Of a stretch of 64,000 bases of DNA, positions 48,385 through 59,640 are shown in pieces. Below the pieces are notes generated by a model that was not told the DNA's origin, did no database searches, and saw only the letters and a program-made list of their open reading frames with translations. Position 1 is the first letter of the stretch; every line of letters starts with the position of its first letter. The position numbers and the translations under genes are program-made. Source of the DNA: Candidatus Melainabacteria bacterium 17Bon1m (GTDB taxonomy: Bacteria > Cyanobacteriota > Vampirovibrionia > Obscuribacterales > Obscuribacteraceae); NCBI GenBank assembly GCA_032128875.1, contig JAVLKG010000009.1:1-64000 (forward strand). Direction: 5' to 3'.

Positions 48385-50349
48385 TCAGTGTTGACTTAAT
48401 GCTAAAACTGCATCAGTAATTGCAAGTAAAGCACATATCAACGACTCTCCGGCGACTCCGCCCGAAGCGATAGGAATCACGTAAAGCTCGGCCGTTTTCT
48501 TGTTGAGCTTGCTCCAAACGAGCGCTATTAAGGCACCGATGAAAAAAGAGAAGGCATTGGCGAACGGCATGATCCAGGCAAGCCCTAAGCCCATTGCCGA
48601 CGGCATGTAGGGCTTCCACTTCTTGGGTGCGAAGTGGTCGATGAGCGCCATGACGATGCCCAGCGTTGCGCCGATCAAAAGTGCGTAACGTGCCGTTACG
48701 GGGATGTAATCGATACCTTTCGATAAGGCTTCAGCGACAGCTTTCCACATATTGGACGAAGGCGGGTTGTATTTGTCCAGCGCTTCCTTCGTGGGAATCA
48801 TCAAGAACCAGGCGGGCACGACCGCGACGGTCCCGAAGAAAACGCCGAAGAATTGGGCGATGAACTGTTTGCGCGCATTAGCACCGAGCAAATATCCGCT
48901 CTTCAGGTCGGTGAGAAGGTCGGCAGAGCTGGACGCGATGTTGGACGTGACGCTGGCCGCCATCAAGTTTGTGGTGATGTTTGAAGGCGCGAGGAAAGCG
49001 TAAGTGAGCTGAGTCAATTTGCCCATCGGTCCTATTGGCGTGATGTCTGTCTCTCCGGTCGAGCGGCAGGCAACCAAGGCGAGGAAAGCGCTGACGACTA
49101 CTGACACTAGACCGAGAATTGGGTTAATGGAAAATGCAATGTATTCCAAAATGACCATCGCGATTGTCAGCGGAATGGCGCCGATGACGAGCCATTTGAG
49201 TGGAACTTCAATTGCAGCAATACGCTCTTCGTCAGATGCGTCGGCGGCGCTGGCGCCGGGTTTTACACTGCCGAAAGAGCGGGCGATAGTTTTCCATTGG
49301 AGGGCGAATGCCGTCAAACCGGAGGTGACCATGAGCCCGGTTCCGCCCCAGAGCGCCCAGCCCTTAATAAGTTTTGGCGCTTCAACTTCGTGAATGCTAA
49401 CCGCCCACGGTCCAACGATGAAGTACAAGAGCGCTGAGCCAAACATCATGGTTGCGCACACGCGCATACCAACGATCATTCCAGCGCCAATTAGCAAAAT
49501 GCTAGGCTCGAAACCAAAACCTGGCATCTTAGAAAGATCGACGCCGCGAATGTTCCCAGAAAATGGAACTAGATCTGGCAGCTTTGGGTAGTTGATGTTG
49601 AAGTGCTTTTGCCACTCGTATTCGCCCTTAATCAAGCCTACAAAGAGACCGCAAAACAAAGCCGTCACAAGAAAGCGTGCTTGAAGAATTGCTTCTTTGC
49701 TCTGTCCGTACAAGCTTTTTAGTGTTTCCGCTGCGGCGATGCCACTCGGGAATGCCAGCTTTTCTTCGTTGATCATCTGCCGTTTCATTGGTACGGCGAG
49801 GAAAACCCCGAGCAATGCAGTGACCAATGTCCACGGAAGGAGAATTTGCCACGGGACATGATTGCCCGTGATCAATAGGTATGCACCAAAAGCGGTGCCG
49901 ATGGTCGCGCCTGTCGAATAACCTGCGGCTGACGCAGTGGACTGCATGCAGTTGTTTTCCAAGATGCTCATCGGTGTGAGCTTGGGCGCAATCACGCGAA
50001 TTGAATTCCAAATGACATAGGAAAGAACGCAAGCAGTAATCGCGACGCCGAACGCCCAGCCCACTTTGATTGAGGTGTAAAGGTTGGAAATCGACATGAG
50101 AGAACCGAGCAAGCCGCCCATAATGACAGCGCGCACTGTGAGCTGCGGAACTTTGTCTCCCTGATAAACATTCTTCAGCCAGTATTCCTGCGAGTAATTT
50201 CCTGTCGCTTCATCAACAGACTCTCCGCCGTCTACGTGGTGCGGCTCACCAGCATGTTCGCCTTCAGCCATCGCTGCCGTATGCTCAGGAACCTCTCTAT
50301 TAATCGGGTTCTTTTCAGGTGTATCGCCTTTGTTTGCCGCATCCGCCAC
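48385..50349 (-). CDS. OPT family oligopeptide transporter
   Basis: QLTVRAVIMG, ENNCMQSTASA, FPSGIAAAETL, GETDITP, DLKSGYLLGA; GTG start with SD GAGGA. Confidence 0.92.
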   Translation of the reverse strand: MADAANKGDTPEKNPINREVPEHTAAMAEGEHAGEPHHVDGGESVDEATGNYSQEYWLKNVYQGDKVPQLTVRAVIMGGLLGSLMSISNLYTSIKVGWAFGVAITACVLSYVIWNSIRVIAPKLTPMSILENNCMQSTASAAGYSTGATIGTAFGAYLLITGNHVPWQILLPWTLVTALLGVFLAVPMKRQMINEEKLAFPSGIAAAETLKSLYGQSKEAILQARFLVTALFCGLFVGLIKGEYEWQKHFNINYPKLPDLVPFSGNIRGVDLSKMPGFGFEPSILLIGAGMIVGMRVCATMMFGSALLYFIVGPWAVSIHEVEAPKLIKGWALWGGTGLMVTSGLTAFALQWKTIARSFGSVKPGASAADASDEERIAAIEVPLKWLVIGAIPLTIAMVILEYIAFSINPILGLVSVVVSAFLALVACRSTGETDITPIGPMGKLTQLTYAFLAPSNITTNLMAASVTSNIASSSADLLTDLKSGYLLGANARKQFIAQFFGVFFGTVAVVPAWFLMIPTKEALDKYNPPSSNMWKAVAEALSKGIDYIPVTARYALLIGATLGIVMALIDHFAPKKWKPYMPSAMGLGLAWIMPFANAFSFFIGALIALVWSKLNKKTAELYVIPIASGGVAGESLICALLAITDAVLALSQH

Positions 50350-50461
50350 GGGGCAGTCCTCTTTTGATTTGTTGGTGAAGCTGAATAATATTTGAAATTG
50401 CAGATTGCTTTTCGCAATTGGCAAAATCACTGACGCCATGCTCGTCAGTTTCGTTACGAAG

Positions 50462-51868
<1,407 letters not shown>

Positions 51869-51920
51869 TCACGCGGCATGCTTTTTGCCAATGCAAATTT
51901 GTAGTTCTCAAAATCAAAAA

Positions 51921-51980
51921 GGGCGTATGCAATGCGCCCCGCGGTGTTTCTAAATGCGGGCGAGCCGCCCGCGCAACCAG
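51921..51980. repeat. Two REP-like palindromes of different families
   Basis: GGGCGTATGCAATGCGCCCC (51921-51940) and GCGGGCGAGCCGCCCGCGCAACCAG (51956-51980, related to 5766-5790). Confidence 0.55.
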
Positions 51981-51995
51981 GTTTCGCTACGGCGA

Positions 51996-52622
51996 TTACG
52001 TCACGCCGGCGATGCGGCGGCTGTTCTTGCGATGCGATGCGTGGCTCGAACCCAAGTGAACGGTAGCTTTTTCTTGTTCAAACTCTGGTTGCGACGCCTC
52101 AGCTCTCGCTTCCATGCGCCTGCGAACTTCGGCAATAACGAAGTCTACGCGTTCGTCCGGCGTCATTGCAGGCACCCGCACGACTTCAACGCCGCGGCTG
52201 GAGTAGCAATTCTCCAAAATGGCTGAAATTGCGTGCGTAAACTCGAGGTCTTCGCGGCGCACGTCCGTTTTATCAAAAAAGTTCAAGGGCTCGACAAGGA
52301 ATGCCACTGAGTATTTCGAGGCATCCAGCTGCGAAAATCTGTCCGGAATTTCTAGCTTGTCGTAGATGTAATAAGCCTCTCCATCGAAAAGTCCTCGGTC
52401 CAAAAAGACCGGTCCTTCGACGCTATCTAACTCCTTTTCGGCTGCGCATTGCCTGCGCAAAACCTCGTTTTGGAAAGAGCAGCGGTCCACCCAGGGAAGG
52501 AGGACGCCCTCTTTGATGATTTGCGTCGCGAATTCCTGAACAAAAGGGAAGCCTCGCTCGGCAACACCCGACACAATGGTCGTTTTGCCCACTGAAGGTC
52601 CACCGGTGATGACTATCCGCAT
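51996..52622 (-). CDS. AAA_28/NadR-like P-loop ATPase or nucleotide kinase
   Basis: IVITGGPSVGKTT Walker A, FLDRGLFD; alternative start at 52679. Confidence 0.82.
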   Translation of the reverse strand: MRIVITGGPSVGKTTIVSGVAERGFPFVQEFATQIIKEGVLLPWVDRCSFQNEVLRRQCAAEKELDSVEGPVFLDRGLFDGEAYYIYDKLEIPDRFSQLDASKYSVAFLVEPLNFFDKTDVRREDLEFTHAISAILENCYSSRGVEVVRVPAMTPDERVDFVIAEVRRRMEARAEASQPEFEQEKATVHLGSSHASHRKNSRRIAGVT

Positions 52623-52714
52623 GCCGATTTCGTCCCCGCTTGATGCCAGTTCGCCCGTTGCCGCCGGAGAGGCGGTCATCTCTTTCTGCTTTTCTTTCTA
52701 TCGCCAGCCAGCGC

Positions 52715-52738
52715 TCTGTCTGTCTGTCTGTCTGTCTG
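52715..52738. repeat. (TCTG)6 simple sequence repeat
   Basis: Six perfect tetranucleotide units upstream of the ATPase gene. Confidence 0.85.
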
Positions 52739-52966
52739 AATCCTGCGTCCCGTCGGTCCCAATTTCGACCTCTTCCGCTTGCAGGAGGGTGGGTAATCAA
52801 GAAGTCGTTTGTACAACAATAAGCAATTGAAAAGCCTTCGGCAAGCTAAATAAAACCAAGGTTTGGCGGTTCTCCCCACCCTTTCTTTCGTTTTATGAAA
52901 AGAAGGCAGATAAAAACGTTTTGCGCTAGCGGCAGCTCATAAGAGTTGTTGGTTTTTCCGCGCCAA

Positions 52967-53332
52967 CTATTCGACGCGGCGAAGCCTGTAAACCCAGTAA
53001 ATAAGCAGCGCTTGGAGGGGCAGGCGCAACCAGAGCATCGCTGTTGGCACTTTGCCGAAGTCGATGTGGTTGACCGCCATATTGATGTTGGCGGGGAAAA
53101 CGATGATGAGAAGAAATATGAGGAAATATGATGCGTAGCGACGGGTCTTTGGGAAAAACAGCAGCACGCCGCCTGCTATCTCCATGACGCCGGTTATATA
53201 AACCGCCCATTCAGGGTAGGGAATGAAGTCGGGAACGATGCGTGTGAATGTCGATGTGCTCGTGAAATGCAGCACGCCGATGATGCAGAAGAAGATGCCG
53301 CAGAGAATGAGAGAAATTCGCTGACGCGTCAC
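52967..53332 (-). CDS. DoxX-like membrane protein
   Basis: GVLHF, IVPDFIP, TGVMEIAGG, VFPANINMA, RLPLQ. Confidence 0.82.
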   Translation of the reverse strand: MTRQRISLILCGIFFCIIGVLHFTSTSTFTRIVPDFIPYPEWAVYITGVMEIAGGVLLFFPKTRRYASYFLIFLLIIVFPANINMAVNHIDFGKVPTAMLWLRLPLQALLIYWVYRLRRVE

Positions 53333-53346
53333 GCTCGCCTCCGGGG

Positions 53347-54495
53347 CTATTCGGCGCTTTTCACTTGAGACTGGTCTTTCACGTCCGAGGTCTCGGGCGC
53401 CTGGTCTGCGAGTTTGAGCCTTGCAACTTTTTCCAGTCTTTCTCTGATGGCCGGCAGCGCCGCTGTAGCAGCGTTCTCTCCTTCCTCAATTGCGCGGCGT
53501 GCGTCTTTGGTTTTGGTGCTCAGAAGACTTATATTGTTGACCAAAGGTTGAATGAGTATGTCTGCAGCAACTCTCTGATCCTCATCGACCTTAGCCAAAA
53601 CCATATTGATTACTCGCTTGCCGACGCTGCCAATGCGGCGAAACTCTTTTTCGTTCACAGTTGTGAACTGCTCATCGACGTCTATGCCGATGACAATGTC
53701 GCCTCCCAATTCTTTTGCTTGCTTGACTGGAAGATTCGCTTGGAGACCGCCGTCTACAAGCAGCAGCCCGTTCATAGGAACCGGTCTGCGCAAAACCGGT
53801 ATCGCAGAAGAAGCCTGAATCGCCAGGCCAAGATTGCCTTTCGCAATGGAGTAAGGCTTTGCGTCGAGCAGATTAGAGGCAACTGCAACAAAGGGAATCG
53901 GCAGCGCTTCTATCTGCCGGTCTGTTTCCGGTACTGCGTTGTTCAGATAGTTGCGAAACTTATTTCCTTTGTAGAGCCCGTCGTAAGGGTTGAATCCGAA
54001 GATGCGCGGAATGAAACATACTGGTATGAGAACAATTCTCATGGGAATTGGGATAGTTTGGTACGCTTTCAAAAGTGAGCGATTGAGCATGCGATGCTCG
54101 ATTTGGTCGGGTTTTACGCCGGCAGCATAAAGACCGCCGACTATTGCGCCGATACTTGTTCCGACAACGCCGTCGATGGGAATGCCTTCGCGCTCAAGCA
54201 CTCGTAAAACGCCAATATGGGCGCATCCACGAGTTCCGCCACCCCCAAGAGCAAGGACGACTCGGGCGCGTTTCAAATCGGCTGGATGTTTGAGCACCGC
54301 CTGTAGTGGCGTATTCGAAGTGGGTTGAGCAAGCACCGGTGCTGGAATCGAAACTCCGACTGCCAGAGCCAGCAGCAGAACTGCTTGCCTTGTCCTTGCG
54401 AAGGTTTGTTTACACTTTGAAAAGCCGTTATTTGGCGGGGCGGGCTGCATAATCACGTTCCACACGAGCGCTTGACAGTATACCTGCAACTGCAC
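53347..54495 (-). CDS. Patatin-like phospholipase (probably exported)
   Basis: LGGGGTRG, GTSIG nucleophile elbow, VDGG; signal-like segment; start uncertain. Confidence 0.9.
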   Translation of the reverse strand: MQLQVYCQALVWNVIMQPAPPNNGFSKCKQTFARTRQAVLLLALAVGVSIPAPVLAQPTSNTPLQAVLKHPADLKRARVVLALGGGGTRGCAHIGVLRVLEREGIPIDGVVGTSIGAIVGGLYAAGVKPDQIEHRMLNRSLLKAYQTIPIPMRIVLIPVCFIPRIFGFNPYDGLYKGNKFRNYLNNAVPETDRQIEALPIPFVAVASNLLDAKPYSIAKGNLGLAIQASSAIPVLRRPVPMNGLLLVDGGLQANLPVKQAKELGGDIVIGIDVDEQFTTVNEKEFRRIGSVGKRVINMVLAKVDEDQRVAADILIQPLVNNISLLSTKTKDARRAIEEGENAATAALPAIRERLEKVARLKLADQAPETSDVKDQSQVKSAE

Positions 54496-54678
54496 CTCCG
54501 TCTTTAGAACGATGCAGTTTGTTGCAGCTTAAGATATTATTCAGATCAAGGCCTGTCGCTGATCGAGAGGCATGCCGATGCCAAGGCTCGTCACGCGCAG
54601 GCGTGTCTTGAGAACTACGTGATATAACTGTGCGAATCAAGCTTTATTGTCAGATTAGACAACTAAGAGGAAATCATT

Positions 54679-55824
54679 TTGGGAATCTTTGAAAACCCGG
54701 TCGTCTCCAACAGTCTGGTCGTTGCCGCATGGGCGGTCTTCTGGCACGTCTGGCACGGAGTGGGCATCACGCTGGGCTACCACCGCCTTCTCACTCACAA
54801 GTCTCTCGTCGTCCCCAAATGGCTCGAATATTTCATTTGTTCTGGAGCCTATCTCGCGCTCATGGGCGCGCCGATTGTTTGGGTTGGCGTTCACCGTCAA
54901 CACCATCAAAAATCCGACACTCCGCTTGATCCGCATTCCCCGCGCCAAGGTGTCGCTCACGCACTCTACAAATGGATGTTCTACACCGACCGTGTGCAAT
55001 CCAACGAAGAGCTGCAGAAGCAAGCGCACGACTTGATGCAAGATAAGGTCTACAGAGTCCTCGGCTACGATCACGGCGCATATCATGCCAAGCTTAATTT
55101 GGCTATCTGCCTCGCTTTCCGTGGACTTTTGTGGTTGGTATTCGGTTGGCAGTGTGTTCTCGGCAGTTTGATCGGAACATTCACGATCTTCTGGAGCACT
55201 CAATTCGTTAACGCTTTCTGCCATCTCCCGAGCCTCGGTTATCGCACTTACAGAACTACTGAAGATTCGAGAAACGTCTGGTGGGTCGGCATTCTTGCTG
55301 TTGGAGAGGGCTGGCACAACAATCACCACGCAATTCCGAAGAGCGCTCGCCATGGACTTGAATGGTGGGAATTCGATTTTACATATGTGTGCATTTGGAC
55401 TCTCGAAAAATTAGGTCTTGCCACTAAGGTTCACATCCCAAGCAAAGAATTGCTCGAGAAGAAGAAAGAGAAGGCAACCGCAAAAGCGCAGTACAAAATG
55501 CCTGCTGCTGTCACTCACGCTGCCGAAGCCGCTCAAAAGGCTGCCGAAATCGCTCGTGAAGCAGTACACGAAGCTGCAGAAGCCGCATTCCTCGCTGCTG
55601 AAGCTGCAGGTAAGTCTGCTCGCGAAGCTGCTGATGCTGCAATGCAGGCTGCCAGAGAAGCTGCCGAGCATGCCAACAAGGCTTATCACGAAGCTGCACT
55701 GGCTGCTGGAAAAACGGCTAATGAAGCCGCTGAAGCCGCTAACAAAGCCGCACGCGAAGCTCTGGAAACCGCCGAGATCGCAATCGCTCAACTGGTGCCT
55801 GCGAAGGAAACAGTCCACAGCTAG
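54679..55824 (+). CDS. Delta-9-type fatty acid desaturase with Ala-rich C-terminal extension
   Basis: His boxes HRLLTH, HRQHH, GEGWHNNHH; TTG start with SD GAGGA. Confidence 0.9.
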   Translation: MGIFENPVVSNSLVVAAWAVFWHVWHGVGITLGYHRLLTHKSLVVPKWLEYFICSGAYLALMGAPIVWVGVHRQHHQKSDTPLDPHSPRQGVAHALYKWMFYTDRVQSNEELQKQAHDLMQDKVYRVLGYDHGAYHAKLNLAICLAFRGLLWLVFGWQCVLGSLIGTFTIFWSTQFVNAFCHLPSLGYRTYRTTEDSRNVWWVGILAVGEGWHNNHHAIPKSARHGLEWWEFDFTYVCIWTLEKLGLATKVHIPSKELLEKKKEKATAKAQYKMPAAVTHAAEAAQKAAEIAREAVHEAAEAAFLAAEAAGKSAREAADAAMQAAREAAEHANKAYHEAALAAGKTANEAAEAANKAAREALETAEIAIAQLVPAKETVHS

Positions 55825-55830
55825 TAAATC

Positions 55831-55896
55831 GTGGGGGCGCATTGCATGCGCCCTTCAAAATAGAATCGGAAGGGGCGCTACTTATGAAGCGCCCCT
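55831..55896. repeat. REP-like palindrome plus second hairpin between convergent genes
   Basis: GTGGGGGCGCATTGCATGCGCCC identical to the 35760 copy; AGGGGCGCT-N8-AGCGCCCCT. Confidence 0.7.
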
Positions 55897-55901
55897 CTTC
55901 A

Positions 55902-56333
55902 TTACTTGTGTTGCTGGAGCGACCATGGATTGAGAACGTCAACGTTCAGAGTCGTAAATGGATTAGTATCACGCGTAGCGACCGTGAATCCATGAAGTTT
56001 CGCTATCGCCGCAATTTGTCCGTCGTATAGTGAAACTGTTTTTCCAGATGCTCTAGCTGCTGCAATGATCGGTGCGTGAATTCTGGCGGCATCTTGATCG
56101 AACGGTAATATTCTCGTACCGAATATCTTGTCGAGGAGCTGATTGATCCCATTGCTAATCTGATTCTTGCGCTTACCAGAGGGTAAAATTTCCACGCCCA
56201 GTAATAACTCTGACAAGCTTATTGCCGTCAGGTAGAGCGTTTCTGGCGCTTGTTCGTTTAGCCATGTGACGACCGTTTGATCGCGATTTGGTTTGATCGC
56301 CTCAGAGACAACATTGGTATCAAGAATTATCAT
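55902..56333 (-). CDS. VapC/FitB PIN-domain toxin
   Basis: MIILDTNVVSE, SLSEL, DGQIAAIA, VATRD. Confidence 0.93.
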   Translation of the reverse strand: MIILDTNVVSEAIKPNRDQTVVTWLNEQAPETLYLTAISLSELLLGVEILPSGKRKNQISNGINQLLDKIFGTRILPFDQDAARIHAPIIAAARASGKTVSLYDGQIAAIAKLHGFTVATRDTNPFTTLNVDVLNPWSLQQHK

Positions 56334-56566
56334 TCGAACTCAGCGATCCGCGTTGATTCTTGCTCTCTGGCAATTTGCAAATCAAGGGAAAACTTGTCTC
56401 CGAAAGCCGCTAGTTCTGAACCTACTTTCAGCCTGTCTTTTGGCTTGACCGCTTCTTCTAAAATGGTGCGAATTTCCGCTTCCGTGCTGCGGCCATTTTT
56501 GGCCGCTCTTACTCTCAAAGCCCTGTGCACTTCATCCGGCAAATTTCTGACGGTAACAACTGCCAT
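56330..56566 (-). CDS. FitA/StbC-like ribbon-helix-helix antitoxin
   Basis: VTVRNLPDEVHRALRVRAAKNGRSTEAEIR; ATGA overlap with the toxin. Confidence 0.92.
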   Translation of the reverse strand: MAVVTVRNLPDEVHRALRVRAAKNGRSTEAEIRTILEEAVKPKDRLKVGSELAAFGDKFSLDLQIAREQESTRIAEFE

Positions 56567-56604
56567 GACTGCAAATCCTCATTCTGCTGTCAATGATAGC
56601 ATTT

Positions 56605-56994
56605 CTATGGTTTGCTAGCAATGCTGGGAGGTCTTACTGCGACAGAGATTGCAACGCCAAGAGCGCTTCCGATTACCGCTCCGGTCAGACCCTGCTCAAA
56701 GAAGCTCTTTAGGAGTAATAATGCTGTAGCCAAGCTTATTTCAGTAGAAAGAATGGTTAGCGGTATTTCTTTCAGCAGACCTGGTTCTGATGCACCGGGT
56801 TCGACCGGCGTCTCGTATTCTATTCTGACTCGTCGGTTTGCGCTAAACGCGCCAAATCCCAGGCGTTGAGTATCAGGATCGACTACAAAAGAGTAAGTCG
56901 TAAAAGCCATGACACCAAGCAAGCAACCAACAATTGCACCAGTAACTAGCTGGTGCAAATTACAGCTTCGCTCGCTTTGGATTTCGCTTATCAG
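56605..56994 (-). CDS. Small hypothetical membrane protein
   Basis: Hydrophobic segments; the ORF-track extension to 57159 overlaps mmsA; start possibly CTG at 56994 or ATG at 56910. Confidence 0.45.
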   Translation of the reverse strand: MISEIQSERSCNLHQLVTGAIVGCLLGVMAFTTYSFVVDPDTQRLGFGAFSANRRVRIEYETPVEPGASEPGLLKEIPLTILSTEISLATALLLLKSFFEQGLTGAVIGSALGVAISVAVRPPSIASKP

Positions 56995-58517
56995 CTCTTC
57001 GCCTTCCAGATTGGATCGTGGAATTTGGCGCTGCCTTTCGACGGTGCAACCCAGCGTGTCATGGTCATCTTCTGTTGGGTGTAGAAGTGCACGCTTTCCT
57101 TGCCTTGAATATGCAAGTCGCCGAAGAAAGAGTTGTTCCATCCGGTGAATGGGAACCACGCCATCGGTGCGGGGACGCCTACGTTGACGCCGATCATGCC
57201 GGCGTTGAAGCGGTGTTTGAATTCTCGCGCAGCGCGACCACTAGACGTGTAGATGACTGCGCCGTTTCCGTATTCGCAGTTTTCGCCGAGCTTGATTGCG
57301 TCTTCGATGGTGTCGACGCGAACACAGGAGAGCACTGGTCCAAAGATTTCTTCTTTGACGACAGTGTTGTCCGCTTTCAGTTTGTCGATGATGGTTGGTC
57401 CTAAGAAGTAGCCGTTAGGCGCATCTTTGACCTTCAGTTTGCGACCGTCCAAAACCGGGTCGCCGCCTTCCTTGACGCCCTTGTCGATGAGTGATGTGAC
57501 TTTCGCCAGGTGCTCTCTCGATACTACTGGTCCCATATCGATGCTGTCATCGACGTCTGTGCGGCCGACTTTCATTTTGCCTGCTGACTCAACCAATTGC
57601 GGAATTAGCATGTCACCTGCTTCTCCAACTGGTATCGCCAAGCTGCCAGCCATGCAGCGTTCGCCTGCGCAACCAAATGCAGATGCTTGCAGTGCTTGCA
57701 CTGTTTGGTCCATATCCGCGTCCGGCATGATGATGATGTGATTCTTTGCGCCACCAGCAGATTGCACGCGCTTGCCGTGCTTGGTGCCCATTTCGTAGAC
57801 GTACTTCGCGATGGTTGTAGAACCAACGAATGAGATCGCCTTGATTTGCGGGTGCGTGAGCAATGCATTGACGCAGTCTTTGCCACCATGCACGATGTTG
57901 AAAACACCGTCAGGCAGCCCTGCTTCCTTGAGGAATTCTGCAATCATCATGCTGGTCAGCGGTACTTTCTCAGATGGTTTGAGAACGAAAGAGTTGCCGC
58001 AGGTGATTGCCACTGGGTACATCCAGAGCGGCACCATTGCCGGGAAGTTGAATGGTGTGATGCCTGCGCAAACGCCGAGCGGATGGCGGACTGTTTCAAT
58101 ATCTACATTGCGCGCGATGTTTTCCATCGACTCGCCCATGATGAGTGAAGGCACTCCACATGCGAATTCGACAACTTCAATGCCGCGCATCACTGAGGCT
58201 CTTGCTTCGGCAATTGTCTTTCCGTGTTCGCGAACTACGGACTTAGCGATGTCCTCGTAGTGATTGTCGAGCAAGGCTTTGAATTTGAACATTACGCGGG
58301 CGCGCTCAACGACCGGAACTTCGCGCCATTCTAGAAAGGCTTTGTGCGCGGCTTGAACTGCGCGATCAACGTCATCGTTACCGCCCATCGGAACTTTGGC
58401 GATCACGTCGCCGGTCGACGGATTATTGACTTCGCCGAATTCGGTTGCCTTCGACTCCACCCAGGCTCCATTGATCAAGAGCTTGCAAGTCGTGACCTTG
58501 TCTTGCGTGACGACCAT
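56991..58517 (-). CDS. mmsA: CoA-acylating methylmalonate-semialdehyde dehydrogenase
   Basis: GITPFNFPAMVPLW, KPSEK, SFVGST, GGAKNH, AGERCMA, EEIFGP, GVNVGVPAPMA; SD GGAGG. Confidence 0.93.
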   Translation of the reverse strand: MVVTQDKVTTCKLLINGAWVESKATEFGEVNNPSTGDVIAKVPMGGNDDVDRAVQAAHKAFLEWREVPVVERARVMFKFKALLDNHYEDIAKSVVREHGKTIAEARASVMRGIEVVEFACGVPSLIMGESMENIARNVDIETVRHPLGVCAGITPFNFPAMVPLWMYPVAITCGNSFVLKPSEKVPLTSMMIAEFLKEAGLPDGVFNIVHGGKDCVNALLTHPQIKAISFVGSTTIAKYVYEMGTKHGKRVQSAGGAKNHIIIMPDADMDQTVQALQASAFGCAGERCMAGSLAIPVGEAGDMLIPQLVESAGKMKVGRTDVDDSIDMGPVVSREHLAKVTSLIDKGVKEGGDPVLDGRKLKVKDAPNGYFLGPTIIDKLKADNTVVKEEIFGPVLSCVRVDTIEDAIKLGENCEYGNGAVIYTSSGRAAREFKHRFNAGMIGVNVGVPAPMAWFPFTGWNNSFFGDLHIQGKESVHFYTQQKMTMTRWVAPSKGSAKFHDPIWKAKS

Positions 58518-58656
58518 CGCGAATCCTCCGCCGGAATGTCTATTAATGCGCATTAGAATAGCTTCTAAATATTCTAATGACAACTGCTGGGTACCATTTT
58601 CAGGCAAAGCAAAGAAATTTCTAAGGATTGCGCTTGTGGACGATCGGCGCTTGGTA

Positions 58657-59325
58657 TTACTCGTTGTCTCTATAGGCCGGCAGCGCCAAGCTGTTTTCTA
58701 GCTGCTTGCAGAGGTCTGTCACATCTCTGCCTTGAGCTAGCGCATTGTCCATTTCCTTCAACTGCACTATGTGATTGCTGATGTTTTTCTTTTGCGCATA
58801 ACAGCGTTTGAGCTCTTCCCAAATTCTTTCGCGACGTTTGAGCTGATTGCCATAAGGTGGTCGGTAGTTCTTCATTACGTTGTCGACTTGTGTTCTCAGA
58901 GCCGCTTCGCGTTGATCGCGTGCCGCAGTCACGCTAGCTGCGTTCCTTGCATCAGCGTCGGCGTTGTATTCTTTGACGTGTTTTTCAAGAATTTCTTGCA
59001 CTTCTTTGATAAACGCGTTGCAATCGTTCGAGTAAGTCGGATCATTTGAATCTCTGGCACCGGCTCTTCTTTCTAAAGCATCAAACTTCGCCCACAGTGC
59101 ATCGACATTGAAATTCTTGCTGGTCATTTGTTTTAGCTTGTCACAAACAGCTTGTCTTTGAGCCTGATATCGACCCGGCTGAACTTTGTATGCAAGAAGC
59201 TTTTCGTGATAGGCCTTCATTTGTGTTTCGTATGAAGCACATGAGCCAGAAGAAGCAAACAAAACGGTAGAGAAAACAACTGTTGAGCCCGCGAGCAAAT
59301 GTCCGACAAATCGCGTCTTTTTCAT
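58657..59325 (-). CDS. Exported helical hypothetical protein
   Basis: MKK signal peptide and predicted helical content; SD AGGA. Confidence 0.65.
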   Translation of the reverse strand: MKKTRFVGHLLAGSTVVFSTVLFASSGSCASYETQMKAYHEKLLAYKVQPGRYQAQRQAVCDKLKQMTSKNFNVDALWAKFDALERRAGARDSNDPTYSNDCNAFIKEVQEILEKHVKEYNADADARNAASVTAARDQREAALRTQVDNVMKNYRPPYGNQLKRRERIWEELKRCYAQKKNISNHIVQLKEMDNALAQGRDVTDLCKQLENSLALPAYRDNE

Positions 59326-59462
59326 CGTGTCCTTTCTCCGGTTTTTTTGGTTGCAGCTATCTCATCGTCTTTGCGTTTTCTTTATTCCCGTTTCGCAGTT
59401 TTTGACGTCTGTTATACGTCATCTGTGGCTTACTAGAAGCGTAGAGCCACGAGGGCCACGTC

Positions 59463-59585
59463 ATGATTGAAACATACGCTATCGCTCTAGTGCTTTTAGG
59501 GTTGGCCTGGGCTGTCGGAACTACGCTCGACTATCTTCTCGAAAGAGCGAATAAAACCATTCAGGCACCACATACGGTGCGCTAA
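59463..59585 (+). CDS. Putative 40-aa single-TM small protein
   Basis: MIETYAIALVLLGLAWAVGTTLDYLLERANKTIQAPHTVR; GAGGG 7 nt upstream; below the ORF-track size cut-off. Confidence 0.45.
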   Translation: MIETYAIALVLLGLAWAVGTTLDYLLERANKTIQAPHTVR

Positions 59586-59640
59586 AGTCTGCGTCAGGAA
59601 TACGAACTACTAGAAGCTCCGTGTTCGCAGTCAAACTTCT

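Noticed and set aside
53365-55353. 237-aa and 232-aa ORFs opposite patatin and the desaturase
   Set aside because: Overlap well-supported genes on the other strand and have no motifs.
55902-56566. Mobile element or prophage around the TA pair
   Set aside because: No integrase, transposase, att sites or phage genes nearby.
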